Of a DNA stretch of 64,000 bases, positions 53,301 through 64,000 are shown one piece after another. Position numbers and translations under genes: made by a program. The number at the start of each line of letters is the position of its first letter. The stretch's first letter is position 1. The notes under the pieces are model-generated. The model searched no databases and was not told the origin of the DNA. It worked only from the letters and a program-made list of their open reading frames with translations. The DNA is from Octopus sinensis (taxonomy: Eukaryota). The stretch spans positions 18,848,001 through 18,912,000 of the forward strand of contig NC_042997.1 of assembly GCF_006345805.1 (NCBI RefSeq), written 5' to 3'.

Positions 53301-53855
53301 CATTCATCCTATGCTGTCATCTGAATCACTATTCATACTGAAACCACTATGTCATTCATATTTACATTAATGTTCTTTTTTGCTGATGTTGTTGGGTGCA
53401 AGAATGGTCATATGGTTAAGCAGTTTGTTTTGCATGTATACAGTTTTGAGTTTGCTCTCATTTTTATGGTAGCCTGGACCAATGTCTGCTATCATAGCTT
53501 TGTATTAATCAAGGTCTTGCAAATGAAATTTGGTAGACAGAAAGTGAAGAATTTCATTTGTAAAATCATACCTGTTCGTGGGTGTAGACTTAATTTTACA
53601 ACTAATTTAACACCACCAGATTATCTTTGAGTATCTTTAGCAAAGCCAGCTCTCTTGTGATAATATATATATCATATCTCCAGCCTGTGAATAATTTCCT
53701 TTCTTCTTACCAGTCTTTGAAAAGCATCAGAAGTACTATCCTTCCCACTCTTGGTAAATCATAATAAAAACATGTTTAGGGTCTTCCTGATCAAGAAAAT
53801 CAATTCCATCTGTGACCATGCTATCATTTTAGGACTATGCTCGACTGAATTATCT

Positions 53856-54076
53856 TATTTCTTTACTGCCTACAAGGGGCTACACATAGAGGGGACAAAC
53901 AAGGACAGACAAATGGATAAGTCGATTATATCGACCCTAGTGCATAACTGGTACTTATTTAATCGACCCCAAAAGGATGAAAGGCAAAGTCAACCTCGGT
54001 GGAATTTGATCTCAGAACATAGCGGCAGACGAAATACCACTAAGGATTTCGCTCAGCATGCTAACGTTTCTGCCAG
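53856..54076 (-). mobile_element. SINE C1 inserted in a minus-strand group E copy
   Basis: TSD CTGAATTATCT at 53845-53855 and 54077-54087. Confidence 0.9.
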
Positions 54077-56454
54077 CTGAATTATCTAATGCATCATTCC
54101 TTTTTCCTAAATTGATCGGGTGCGATTTGAGGAAGATTTGGTTAATGTTTCTATTTGATTAAAGAGCCATGTAGTTGCTTCTTCATTGGCTAGTGCTTAT
54201 TGAAGGTGTAGCATTAAATAATAAAATATTCTAATTGATGCTAACACTTTAAAACAAAGTAAAATATGGAATAAGCCGAAGAAGAGTCATGGGGGACTGA
54301 GGCTGTCATTGAAAAGGTCACAGGATGTGTGATGAAAGAATTTTGACAAAGAAACTAAAATAATTATAATAAAGCTGAAGTAAAAACTAATTAGATAGTG
54401 TGAGTGTTTAATTGGCAAAATATGACCATCCCCAAATATAACAATATCCGTTTCAACACATGATTTCACATCAAGAATCTTGCAAAACAAATACATAAAT
54501 GTAAAATGTCTCTATTTTCACTTTCAAACAAAAATTGACAGATGAAAGGTTTATAATAAATAAATAAATAAACAAATAAATAACATAACATAACCACAGC
54601 ATCAGTATGTTACACAGCCTTTATCTGATTCAATGAGGGAGGCTCTATATGGCCACTAAATCTGCTAGAAATAATAGTCAATCTCTCTCTCTCTCAAATC
54701 ATATTCTACAGAATTTTTCCTAATTTAGATATACTTCTCCAGAAAAAAATTATTGTATTATTAGGCTTGAGTACCTTCACTGAAAAGTCTAAAGTGATTT
54801 TTCCATGAAACAAGTCTGGTCTAAATGTATGGAGATTCTGGGTTGCTTGAAGGCCATAGACCTCTTCTTATTTTTGCTAGCAGAATCTAAATTAGTTCAA
54901 AGTAGTACTTTTGACATCAGGTTGGTTGCAGAAGTTACAAAAATGGTGTCAAGTTTAACACTAGACTGCTTAAAGGCTTCTGATCCAAGGTTTACTCTCT
55001 AGCTTTTTCTCACAAGATAATGAGTCTGTAAAACTGGGGATTCATATCCTTGGTCAGTTTCTGTCAGCCAGAGCCAGCTGAGCCAAGTACGGAAGTCAGG
55101 CAGTCATCCTGTCTTGACTTCATTTTACCTATCCCAGTAAGATGCAAGGTAAAATTGAATGAGGACAGGATTTGATCTTAGAATATAAAGGATCACAACT
55201 AACTAAATTACACAAAATATTTTGTCTGATGTTTTACCAATTCTGCCAATCTTTTTATATCATAAAATATCAATATATTCACAATCTAAACATAATTTAG
55301 ATTTGAAAATCACAACACAAGATACCATTCTCAATAACTTGGTACCTGCAAATATCAATCACAACAAAATTTCTGCACTGATAACTGAATCTCTTGTTTT
55401 GACTTTCTTATTTCTTTAAAAACTTTAACAGAAATAAAAAAAAAACAGCAAAAAAAGAAATGTATTTCACTTTCTTCCATAATTGATGTTCAAAACTTTG
55501 AGCTGTCTTTGCATTTATACTTCATTTGATTGTAATTAATTAAAAAAAATACTCAGAGAATTTCCAGGACATTATTTATTTATTTAGTTGTTTGTTTATT
55601 TTGCTTATTTATTCATGTAAAGCTATTTCTTCTCCTGTATATAACTCAGTATGAAAGCATCACCACCAAAGAACTGTTGCTGCTATCAATTTTAGAGTAA
55701 ATTTTGTGATAATGTTAAACATATGCACTTTTTTCTTTCTTTCTTTGATGTTATTCCAAAATGAATGACTGATAAAATCTATGATTGCATTTGCTATATT
55801 GGTCGCTGGCATTTTAATGCTGTCATGATAAAGCTTCTGGAATTTCCTACCAATCCTGTACGGATTAGGTAGTATCTCTTTCTTTACACATTTCTTTACA
55901 AAATTCTACTGTGCAGAAATGGAGAAAAACCATATTATTGAAACACAGAGTGTCACAGCAAATCTGATAGCAATTCTGTTCAAACTGTTGCAACTCAGAA
56001 TAATGAAGAGAAACTGAGTAGGAAAAGAAAGAAGTAAGAAATAGACAACCGTTAAATGCATTGCAGTCATAAATAAACTAAAATAAAAACAGAAGTTTTA
56101 AAATATAGGAAAAGATAGTAGCAACTCTTAGAAGCATTAGTATCATCATTGACATCACTGCTATTATTGTTATTTTTTTCTGAAATTACTATCAACCACA
56201 ATATTATGTACTCTTATTTCTCCACTCCTGTTCCCATTAACATTTAGTCTTCATGGGACAGAAAGCTCAGTTCACAGAGTTTCTGTTAGTATTTAGCTTG
56301 GGGTTTTTTTTTTCATGCCACTATCTTTTGGGATCATGAGAGCTTGTATGCAGTTGCTCAGCCTGTTAGAAATAGCAGCCAAAAAAGGAAAAAAAAATTA
56401 AGAATATTGGATAAAGTTGTCTAACTCATGTCAACATGGGAGATGAACGTTAAA

Positions 56455-56507
56455 CGATAATGATGATAGTGATGATGACGAGACGATGACAATGATGGTG
56501 ATGATGG

Positions 56508-56548
<41 letters not shown>

Positions 56549-56625
56549 TGATGATGAAGGTGGTGGTGGTGATGATGATCATGATGGTGATGACAATGAC
56601 ATTAACGATGACAACGATGAAGATA
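56455..56625. repeat. Long degenerate (GAT)n tract after a short group A 3' stub
   Basis: ACGTTAAACGAT at about 56447 precedes the tract. Confidence 0.8.
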
Positions 56626-56640
56626 ACAATTATGTATTCT

Positions 56641-56880
56641 AAGATGCGGCGAGCTGGCAGAAACGTTAGCACACCGGGTGAAATGCTTAGCAGTATTTCG
56701 TCTGCTGCTACATTCTGAGTTCAAATTCCACCGAGGTCGACTTTGCCTTTCAACCTTTTTAGGGTCGATTAAATAAGTGCCAGTTACGCACTGGGGTCAA
56801 TGTAATCGACTTAGTCCCCTTGTCTGTCCTTGTTTGTTCCTTCTATGTTTAGTCCCTTGTGGGCAATAAAGAAATAAGAT
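56641..56880 (+). mobile_element. SINE C1, full length
   Basis: GCGGCGAGCTGGCAGAAACGTTAGC head, GAGTTCAAATTCC B box, C1 tail ending AATAAAGAAATAAG. Confidence 0.9.
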
Positions 56881-57100
56881 TTGACAAAAATGACAAAAAG
56901 AAACGGTCATTGCTTGAATGCTTTTTTACATATCTGCTTGACCATGACAGACTTGTTGATAAACAATAAATACAACTACTTTGTTGTTGGCCTTAAGACA
57001 TTGTGTAATTTCAACGAAGTTATACTATAAAGAAAATAAATGCTACAAATCCCTTTAAAAAATATCACTTGGAAATTAACTAATGAAAGATCAATGTTAT

Positions 57101-57432
57101 TCATCATCATCATCATCACCGTTTAACATCCACTTTCCATGATAACATGGGTTGGACGATTTTGACTGAGGGCTGGTGTACCAGATGGCTGCACCTGGCT
57201 CCAATCTTGATCTGGCAGAGTTTCTACAGCTGGATGCCCTTCTTAATGCCAACCACTCTGAGAGTGTAGTGGGTACTTTTTACGTGCCACTGGCATGGGG
57301 GCCAGTCAGGCAGTACTGGCAATGACCTTGCTCGAATCTTTTTACACATGCCACCGGCACAGGTGCCAGTAAAGCGACGTTGGTAACAATCATGCTCAAA
57401 TGGTGCCCTTTTACGTGCCACGGCATGGGGGC
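57101..57432 (-). mobile_element. Group A element
   Basis: Conserved 3' end and subrepeats; TGTTATT on both flanks. Confidence 0.85.
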
Positions 57433-58899
57433 ATTGTTATTATTTTTTCAGATAACCATTGACCACAATATCTATATCTATTCATAACTATTCACTATGA
57501 TCAAAGAGGAAGAGGAGGATCATGGTGGAGATGGTAGTAATACTGGGAACGATGATGAAGATGATGATGGTGACTGCAATAAGATGACAACGAGGGTGAC
57601 AGACATGACAACAATGATGACTCATGCATACCATTGTATGTTACACAAGGCAGTGAAAAGAATCGCAATGTGGTTGCTTGACTTGCTAGAAATTGCTGCC
57701 AAGTCACCTACATATCATAACCAGCTGTTTTTATAAAGAAATAAATGCATTTTAGATAATGTAGCATTTTTTATGGAAAAATAGATGGGAAGACTATGGC
57801 TGAATTGTGGCTAAAGAGCAACAAAAAATATATATATTGGGGGTCCTTATCATTTTTGCTATCAAAGAATTCTAGTTGCCAGAACACTAGACATCAGTGC
57901 AAAAAGTTTGGAAAATAAGATTGTTTACTGAATTGATGTAAGATGTAAGAACAAATTGAAAAACAAAACAAAATAGAAAACTGCTTCCTAACTTAGGAAA
58001 CAAAAAGTAAAATAATATAAGTTTGCTTAAGATTGTTTAGAATGGGGAAAAAATGAGTTAGAGAACGGGGAAAAATATGTGTTAGAAATCCCATTTTCTG
58101 ACAAATTGAATAAAATTAATCAATTTTACAGTATTGTACACATTGTTTAAGGCACTGATTGATCTTCAGTCTATCACTGTATTGAAAAGAAAACATTTAT
58201 TAATTATGCATGATAAAACATATTATATCAAAATGTCATTGCTTTTTCCTTATTGGTAATAATTTATAAATTTGTTAACATGCATTCTTGTTTTCCCTTT
58301 CAGCACACATATTATTCTGTTTTTCAAATATTTAACTCTGTCATTCAGAAAAAAACAGATAGCAAAAATAAACATTTCAGGAAAAAACGGTTTTACTAAA
58401 TTGTCGCCTCTACTATGAGGAATAATAAATCTAATGTTTTGTCCATAAGTTATTTCTGTGTCATTAAATTGAATGAGATGTAGGGAAATAAAAACATATC
58501 TTCCCGTTGGTTACAAATGGAATTTATTTCATTTAACACAGGTCATAAATTAATACTTTACACACACTCCCATTTTTACCTTCACAATACAGCTGTAGTA
58601 TTCTTGATAGTGTGCAGCAGTATGTGAAGAATGACACTTAAATCCTATGCTTTCTCTTTGCAGTAAAGTAGCTGCTGTGTCCAATTTTCAGATAAGTAAA
58701 ATAAAGAAACAAGTATCACATGTATTTCTCTTTAGTAAAAAGAGAACTGACAATGGAATTGGTCAAATTGATGTAGATACCTCTGATGAGAGAGTCCAGT
58801 AAGGTATGAAATTCGATTAAGACTGTTTATCATTAAACAGCAGTGCATCAGCATGGCCACAGCTCTGAGCTGAAACTAGAGAAAGAAAAAAATGGGCCC

Positions 58900-59100
58900 A
58901 AAGGCTAATGCAGAAGCAGGATCCTTCGGAAGCTCCAAAGTTTCAGCTGTTGAAAGTTCTGAACTTTTAGCAACCAGAGCAATAATTCCCATTTTAACAT
59001 CAGCAAGTTATGGATTAAAGAGTCAAGAGTATCCTGGAGTTTATGGTGTGAAATAGAAAAACAATGAAAAAAAAGCATTAAATTATTGTACACACATGGA
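58900..59100 (-). mobile_element. Possible RTE-type RT C-terminal remnant
   Basis: LKLWSFRRILLLH resembles the FEMWCYRRILRI motif. Confidence 0.35.
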
Positions 59101-59539
59101 TTTGTGTACATGTGCTTGGTCATAAGTTGCTTAATAATGCAAATTTGTCATGAAATTTTACACAGATATGTTTTTGACAGTGTGCACTACTACTTCGTTG
59201 ATAGATTTAATCCACGCATCATCATGGGACAGAAATAATTCATTAAAATAGGTATCCTTCTTGTCATTAACTCTTTTCTGTTTCTAAGCCAGGTGATATT
59301 TTCCCATGGAGATCATTTGTTTAATGGTAATGTTCATATGCAATTATCCTGTAATGTCATAATGTCAAGACAAGGAGATACAAGTATACATACACTATAT
59401 ATACATATATAACTGCTTATTTAAAAATCAAGCAAAAGAATATAGTATATAGATGTAGAGTGATGTCTGAAGGTAAGAGTTTCTTTTACATAGGAGCAGC
59501 AGAAAATTACATTAATAAGCACATCTAAAGTTACATTTA

Positions 59540-59961
59540 CATCATCATCATCATCGTTTAACGTCCGCTTTCCATGATAACATGGGTTGGACGATTTTGA
59601 CTGAGGGCTGGTGAACCAGATGGCTGCACTAGGCTCCAATCTTGATCTGGCAGGGTTTCTACAGCTGGATGCCCTTCCTAATGCCAACCACTCCGAGAGT
59701 GTAGTGGGTGCTTTTTACGTGCAACCAGCATGGGGGCCTGTCAGGTGGCGCTGGCAATGACCTTGCTGGAATCTTTTTACACATGCCACCGGCACAGGTG
59801 CCAGTAAAGCGACGTTGGTAACGATCACGCTCAAATGGTGTCCTTTTACATGCCACTGGCATGGAAGCCAGTTGGCTGCTCTGGCAATGATCACACTCGG
59901 ATGGTGCTCTGAACATGATCGTTGCCAGAGCAGCCAACTGGCTTCCGTGTAAAAGGGCACC
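59540..59961 (-). mobile_element. Group A element with a 5' fold-back inversion
   Basis: Conserved A sequence; inverted arms 59863-59893 and 59916-59946. Confidence 0.85.
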
Positions 59962-60124
59962 TTCAATAATATAAAACAAGTCATCTTGTACCAGCCTCAG
60001 TAAATTTATTTGGGAATTAAAGGACAAGAATAAAAACTCTTCTGTGGAGTTGGAGAGTGTAAGCAAGGTTAGTGCCTATAAAGTAGGAAATGCCTTTTAT
60101 TTTTCTCTGTATGGAGAAACTTTT

Positions 60125-60303
60125 CAAACAGATTCAGTTTGACATAGAGTGTCACAAGGCTGGCCCTCTGAAATACTGGTACAACAGAAACAGAAAGAAA
60201 GAGTGAGAGAGTTGTAGTGAAAGAGTACAACAGGGTTCACCACCAACCCCTGCTGGAGCCTTGTGGAGCTTTAGGTATTTTCGTTCAATAAACACTCACA
60301 ACC
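60125..60303 (-). mobile_element. SINE group D fragment (body 2 + tail X)
   Basis: 60190-60300 aligns to 24720-24830; 60135-60185 aligns to 42535-42585. Confidence 0.7.
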
Positions 60304-61226
60304 AAAGCAGTAGCTCTCAGATAAGATAAAACAGTTAAGAATAGAATAGCAAAGATAATGGACAGAGAAGTGTGAGAAATTTAAGCACTGTGGTAAAGGA
60401 GTGGGGATGTAGTAGTAGAAAAAATATGGTGAGTAAAAAAGAATTGTAGCTGAGATGATGCGAAATTATTATTTTACATAATGAGCAAAGGTCCAGTAGA
60501 ATTTATGTTTGCAAGCAAAGATAACATTAGTGAATCAATTCAGTAAGATTTCATTTTGGTGTAATGTAGTGAGCAATGCACAGCAACATGATTTACAAAT
60601 GCAATGATTTGCATTGTAGGGGGGTTCCACAGGATAAGGTGGAAGGTATGCACTGGATTTTGAGACAGAATATGTAGGTGGCTAGAGAAAGTATATTGTT
60701 TAGAAGGTAGCATCACTTGACACCTGTTGTACCTCCAATGTTGACCATTGCCTGTAAATGTGGGAATGAGGAGTTGTGACCAGACATTTATATACAACAT
60801 TATTCTGCAAGCAATTCTTCTTTAATGGTCAGAGTTGGAAAACTTAACAATTACAGATTTTCCTACTGTTGATAGACTGGTGCTCATTTAGCATCCTATC
60901 ATGCTCAATGTTATTGTTTATTCCACTGCTAGAAACCGGTGTGTTAGTGTCACTGCCATTAAGACAGTAAGGGTTTTCATGATCAAGGAGAGGTATGGCA
61001 GACTTATTACTATGAATAGGTGGACTTAATCAGTAATAGTTGTTTCAGGTATTGCTTTATGATATAGTAGTGGTAGGATGTGTCATGGGAATGATGATTT
61101 ATTTTCACTTCACCATAATTACTAGTGTTAATGCAGAAAATTATTGGGACATTAGTGGTATCCAGGATTATGGTGTTAATATTAACTTGATTACAGTGGA
61201 GGCCTGATCAGTAGTTCTCAGGTCCC

Positions 61227-61355
61227 ACATACATACATACATTCATACATACATACATACATTCATACATACATACATACATATATACATACATACATAC
61301 ATACATACATACATACATACATACATACATACATACATACATACATACATACATG
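61227..61355. repeat. (TACA)n microsatellite next to a SINE B head remnant
   Basis: Direct inspection. Confidence 0.9.
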
Positions 61356-61679
61356 CACACACACATGCACAGGGTGATTGAAGAAGATTCTTATCTGAAG
61401 TGTCTCACAGTAGGATTAAACCTGATATCATATGGTTGGGAAGCAAAGTTCTTAACCAATCAGGATGACAGCACCTTGCACACTTAAGGATACCCAAAGC
61501 GAATTTTCTTTACAAAGTTTTCTATGTGGAAAGGCTTTCAATAATCAATAATATTGCTTTGAGGAAAAAATGCAAACATATGTTTAATTAATTGAATAAT
61601 TTAGTGAAATATAAACACATCGTCAAAAATTCCTTTAAAGTGTTCAGTTATGCAAAACTGAGAATTCTAATAATTAAAT

Positions 61680-62400
61680 TAAACAGGCTTGATGTGCACT
61701 TTTTAAAACAAATGTTTTTTGTTATTTCACTGAAGGTAATTCTCCCTACCACTTTGCTCTCAATACTAAGCATGGCTAGGTCATTCAGTCTTTCCTGTGT
61801 CACCATGATCCTTAAAAAAAGTTTCTAATGGGCTTTAGATTGCTGAATGATCTTTCATCTGGTGCTACTTTAACTGGCAATGTGCAGGGTATTCACAAAG
61901 CAATACATGTTTCTGGAAAGATGCTATTTATTGTATTCAAAAATTGATGTGGCTGCCATCACTTTACCAAAATTTGACACATGTATTACCATAAAGTGCC
62001 TTGTTTCCTTCTGCCTGGTTTCTAAGGTATCATTTTCATTTACATCCAATTTACTTGCATATGAAAGACTGAGTTTCCTTTCTTTCATATTTTGATATTG
62101 CTTCAGAATGCAAAACATTAAATATGTTTGTAATGCTGAATCACTTTGACATTTTGACAATCAGTTTGAAAATGTTGCTTGAGCCTTTAATTTTCAAAGC
62201 TGTTGGTATGAATTTGAATCTATTCAACTGTATCAATATTGTTCAAAGGAAGCAATGCAAATCCTGTTTCTATGTGGCTCAACATACTTATGTGAAAAAG
62301 GCTTTTCTGCCTTAGTATGTGTAAAAGTAAACTATGCACATACTAAGTCAACTATAAGTTAAAATGACTTACCTTGATAAGGATTTGACCAAGAATCGAT
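61680..62400 (-). pseudogene. hAT transposase relic (C-terminal dimerisation domain)
   Basis: FPETCIAL*IPCTLPVKVAPDERSFSNLKPIRNFF / VTQERLNDLAMLSIES matches the hATC motif LPVT-A-ERSFS-LK..RL-LA-LSIE. Confidence 0.85.
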
Positions 62401-62699
62401 GAACTTATAAAAAACATATCTAGGATTATTAAGTTTTTATTTCTGTGGATACTTCTCATTAAATTATATTTCCAGATTAAAAATTTTTCTACAACCTGAA
62501 TGAAGAAAGAATGAATTATTTATTGTGCATTCCCATGAAAAAGTGTGGAGGGGGAGTGTTCACTACTATTTTGTGGGATGAGGCTTGTAGCTCTTAGTGT
62601 GGGAAATGTGTTTTAGAGCATTTAAGTGTGTTGTGCACCATTTAAATGGTCATATGGTTTGTGACCTGATGAGTTAGATAATTGGTCATATGGCTTGGT

Positions 62700-63176
62700 A
62701 GTATTTACAACACCAACTGTTCATATTAATGGATATCATCAGATAAGTTTGGCTTAGAACTAATCATATGAATGATAGTGTTCTCTGTGGTATCATATTT
62801 TTATGATTATTTATAAGACACTGGTTAGTGGCAGTATGCAGACAACAAATAGGTGAGGCGACAATCTGTTCCCTTGAAAGATTCCTCTTGATATTTACCT
62901 CTCCCTGCTTATCTCCCCATGCAGTGAGTTCAGTTTGCCACGTTGTCATAGAGTTTTGTATTAACTTCAGGACATTGTGAGAGACCTTAAACAGTTTAAG
63001 GCATTCAATAATCCATCAGTGTGGGACCATGCCATATGTTTTCTTGTAGTCCACCTATACTATTGCCAAATTTTTGGGCCTCTTCTTGCAGTCAGCTAGG
63101 ATAGACTTATCGATTAGTAATTGATACTTCATTCCTCTGCTCTTACATCTACACTCCTGGTCGTAGGTCATTCTCA

Positions 63177-63177
<1 letters not shown>
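62700..63177 (-). mobile_element. R4/Dong-like reverse transcriptase fragment
   Basis: CKSRGMKYQLLIDKSILADCKKRPKNLAIV*VDYKKTYGMVPH*WIIECLKLF..WQTELT..GEVNIKR. Confidence 0.85.
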
Positions 63178-63210
<33 letters not shown>

Positions 63211-63211
<1 letters not shown>

Positions 63212-63520
63212 CTTCGTAACACTGTAGGTAAAAATGCACCAGTCTTTAGTCATCTGTCAAGTCACAACAAGGACCTCAGACAGATAATACTTTCCTTAAG
63301 ATGTGCGCTGTGCCCAATAAGGCTACTTTTTGTAAGACATCAATCTTGCATGGGATTTCCAGTTGCCTTAAGAAATTTTGAAGTTTCAGTGGGACTGAGC
63401 CCAGTGCTCCAATCACCACTGGTAGCACTTTTATATTACCCTCTCACATTCCATTCAGTCTTGTCATTTCCACTTTCAATTCGGAGTATTTGGTGACTTT
63501 TTCAACCTCTTTACTCACAA

Positions 63521-63557
<37 letters not shown>

Positions 63558-63669
63558 AGTATTTGTCTCTCTTATTCAATATGACAAAATCCAGCTGATG
63601 GTGTTTGATTACACGATCCGTCTGAAAATCATAGCCCCAGAGTATCATTACTTTTCCATCCTTCTGCAA
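63211..63669 (-). mobile_element. R4/Dong-like element 3' end (RLE domain, short 3' UTR, (TAA)11 tail at 63178-63210)
   Basis: KVMILWGYDFQTDRVIKHHQLDFVILNK..EKVTKYSELKVEM..VLPVVIGALGSVP..LQKVALLGTAHILRKVLSV*, stop at 63276-63278. Confidence 0.9.
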
Positions 63670-64000
63670 TTTAAGAAAGACCAGAGAGAGCAGATGAAGA
63701 AAATTTGGCAGGACAAGAAAATGCACATTCAGTGCTTGAAGAATAAAGATGAGATTGATTGGAACAGGGTCCACTGAGACATTAGTGTGCAGTGCTCAAA
63801 AACAAGCTCTCGGAACAAACTACTCAAAATATCACATTGATAAAAGCGCTGCCTAGCCACAGTGTAGGATGTACTCTGGGAAGGGAGAAAGTATAAGCTA
63901 TATTGTTAGTGAGTGCTGTAAGCTCGCACAACAAGAATACAAAAGGAGACACAACAATGTGGCCAGATATGTCCACTGGTTTTTGTGCAGTAAAGCAAAC
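63670..64000 (+). mobile_element. Inverted upstream segment of the Dong-like element (CCHC/RHD region), running off the window
   Basis: WQDKKMH..TETLVCSAQKQALGTNY..CRMYSGKGESISYIVSECCKLAQQEYKRRHNNVARYVHWFLC. Confidence 0.85.

Noticed and set aside
55918-55945. GEKPY zinc-finger linker
   Set aside because: Followed almost immediately by a stop, with no C2H2 spacing on either side.
60330-60800. Possible CR1-group 3' remnant on the minus strand
   Set aside because: Only loose resemblance to 49340-49700; no unambiguous motif.
40515-62700. Other CTGATGA cores (40522, 50419, 62667; minus strand near 5537 and 8054)
   Set aside because: No correctly placed GAAA or pairing stems; the heptamer is expected by chance in this composition.

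Overview
Gene-poor, AT-rich eukaryotic DNA (intronic or intergenic), not prokaryotic. The microsatellite density and retroposon types suggest an octopus/coleoid cephalopod genome; this is an inference from recalled repeat types. No intact protein-coding gene, rRNA, true tRNA or CRISPR array is supportable, and the ORF track is repeat or low-complexity noise. The window is a layered transposon graveyard; A-E are my working labels. It holds tRNA-headed SINE groups B, C and D, RTE-derived 3' elements with (GAT)n tails (A) and an unclassified repeat (E). It also holds decayed RTE, CR1-group, L1/Tx1 and R4/Dong-type LINE fragments, a hAT transposase relic, two TTAA-flanked MITEs and a 432-bp solo LTR. 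The most interesting locus is 20.2-21.7 kb, a fold-back Penelope-like element whose 3' region has a tRNA-like Pol III module upstream of a hammerhead ribozyme that survives only as complementary halves, plus a captured inverted copy of local DNA. Also notable are a SINE inserted with 250 bp copied from 3.1 kb away inside one TSD, 2x2 shuffling of SINE bodies and tails, and a Dong-like element with twin-priming geometry. All alignments and translations were done by eye, so boundaries of degenerate copies are approximate.
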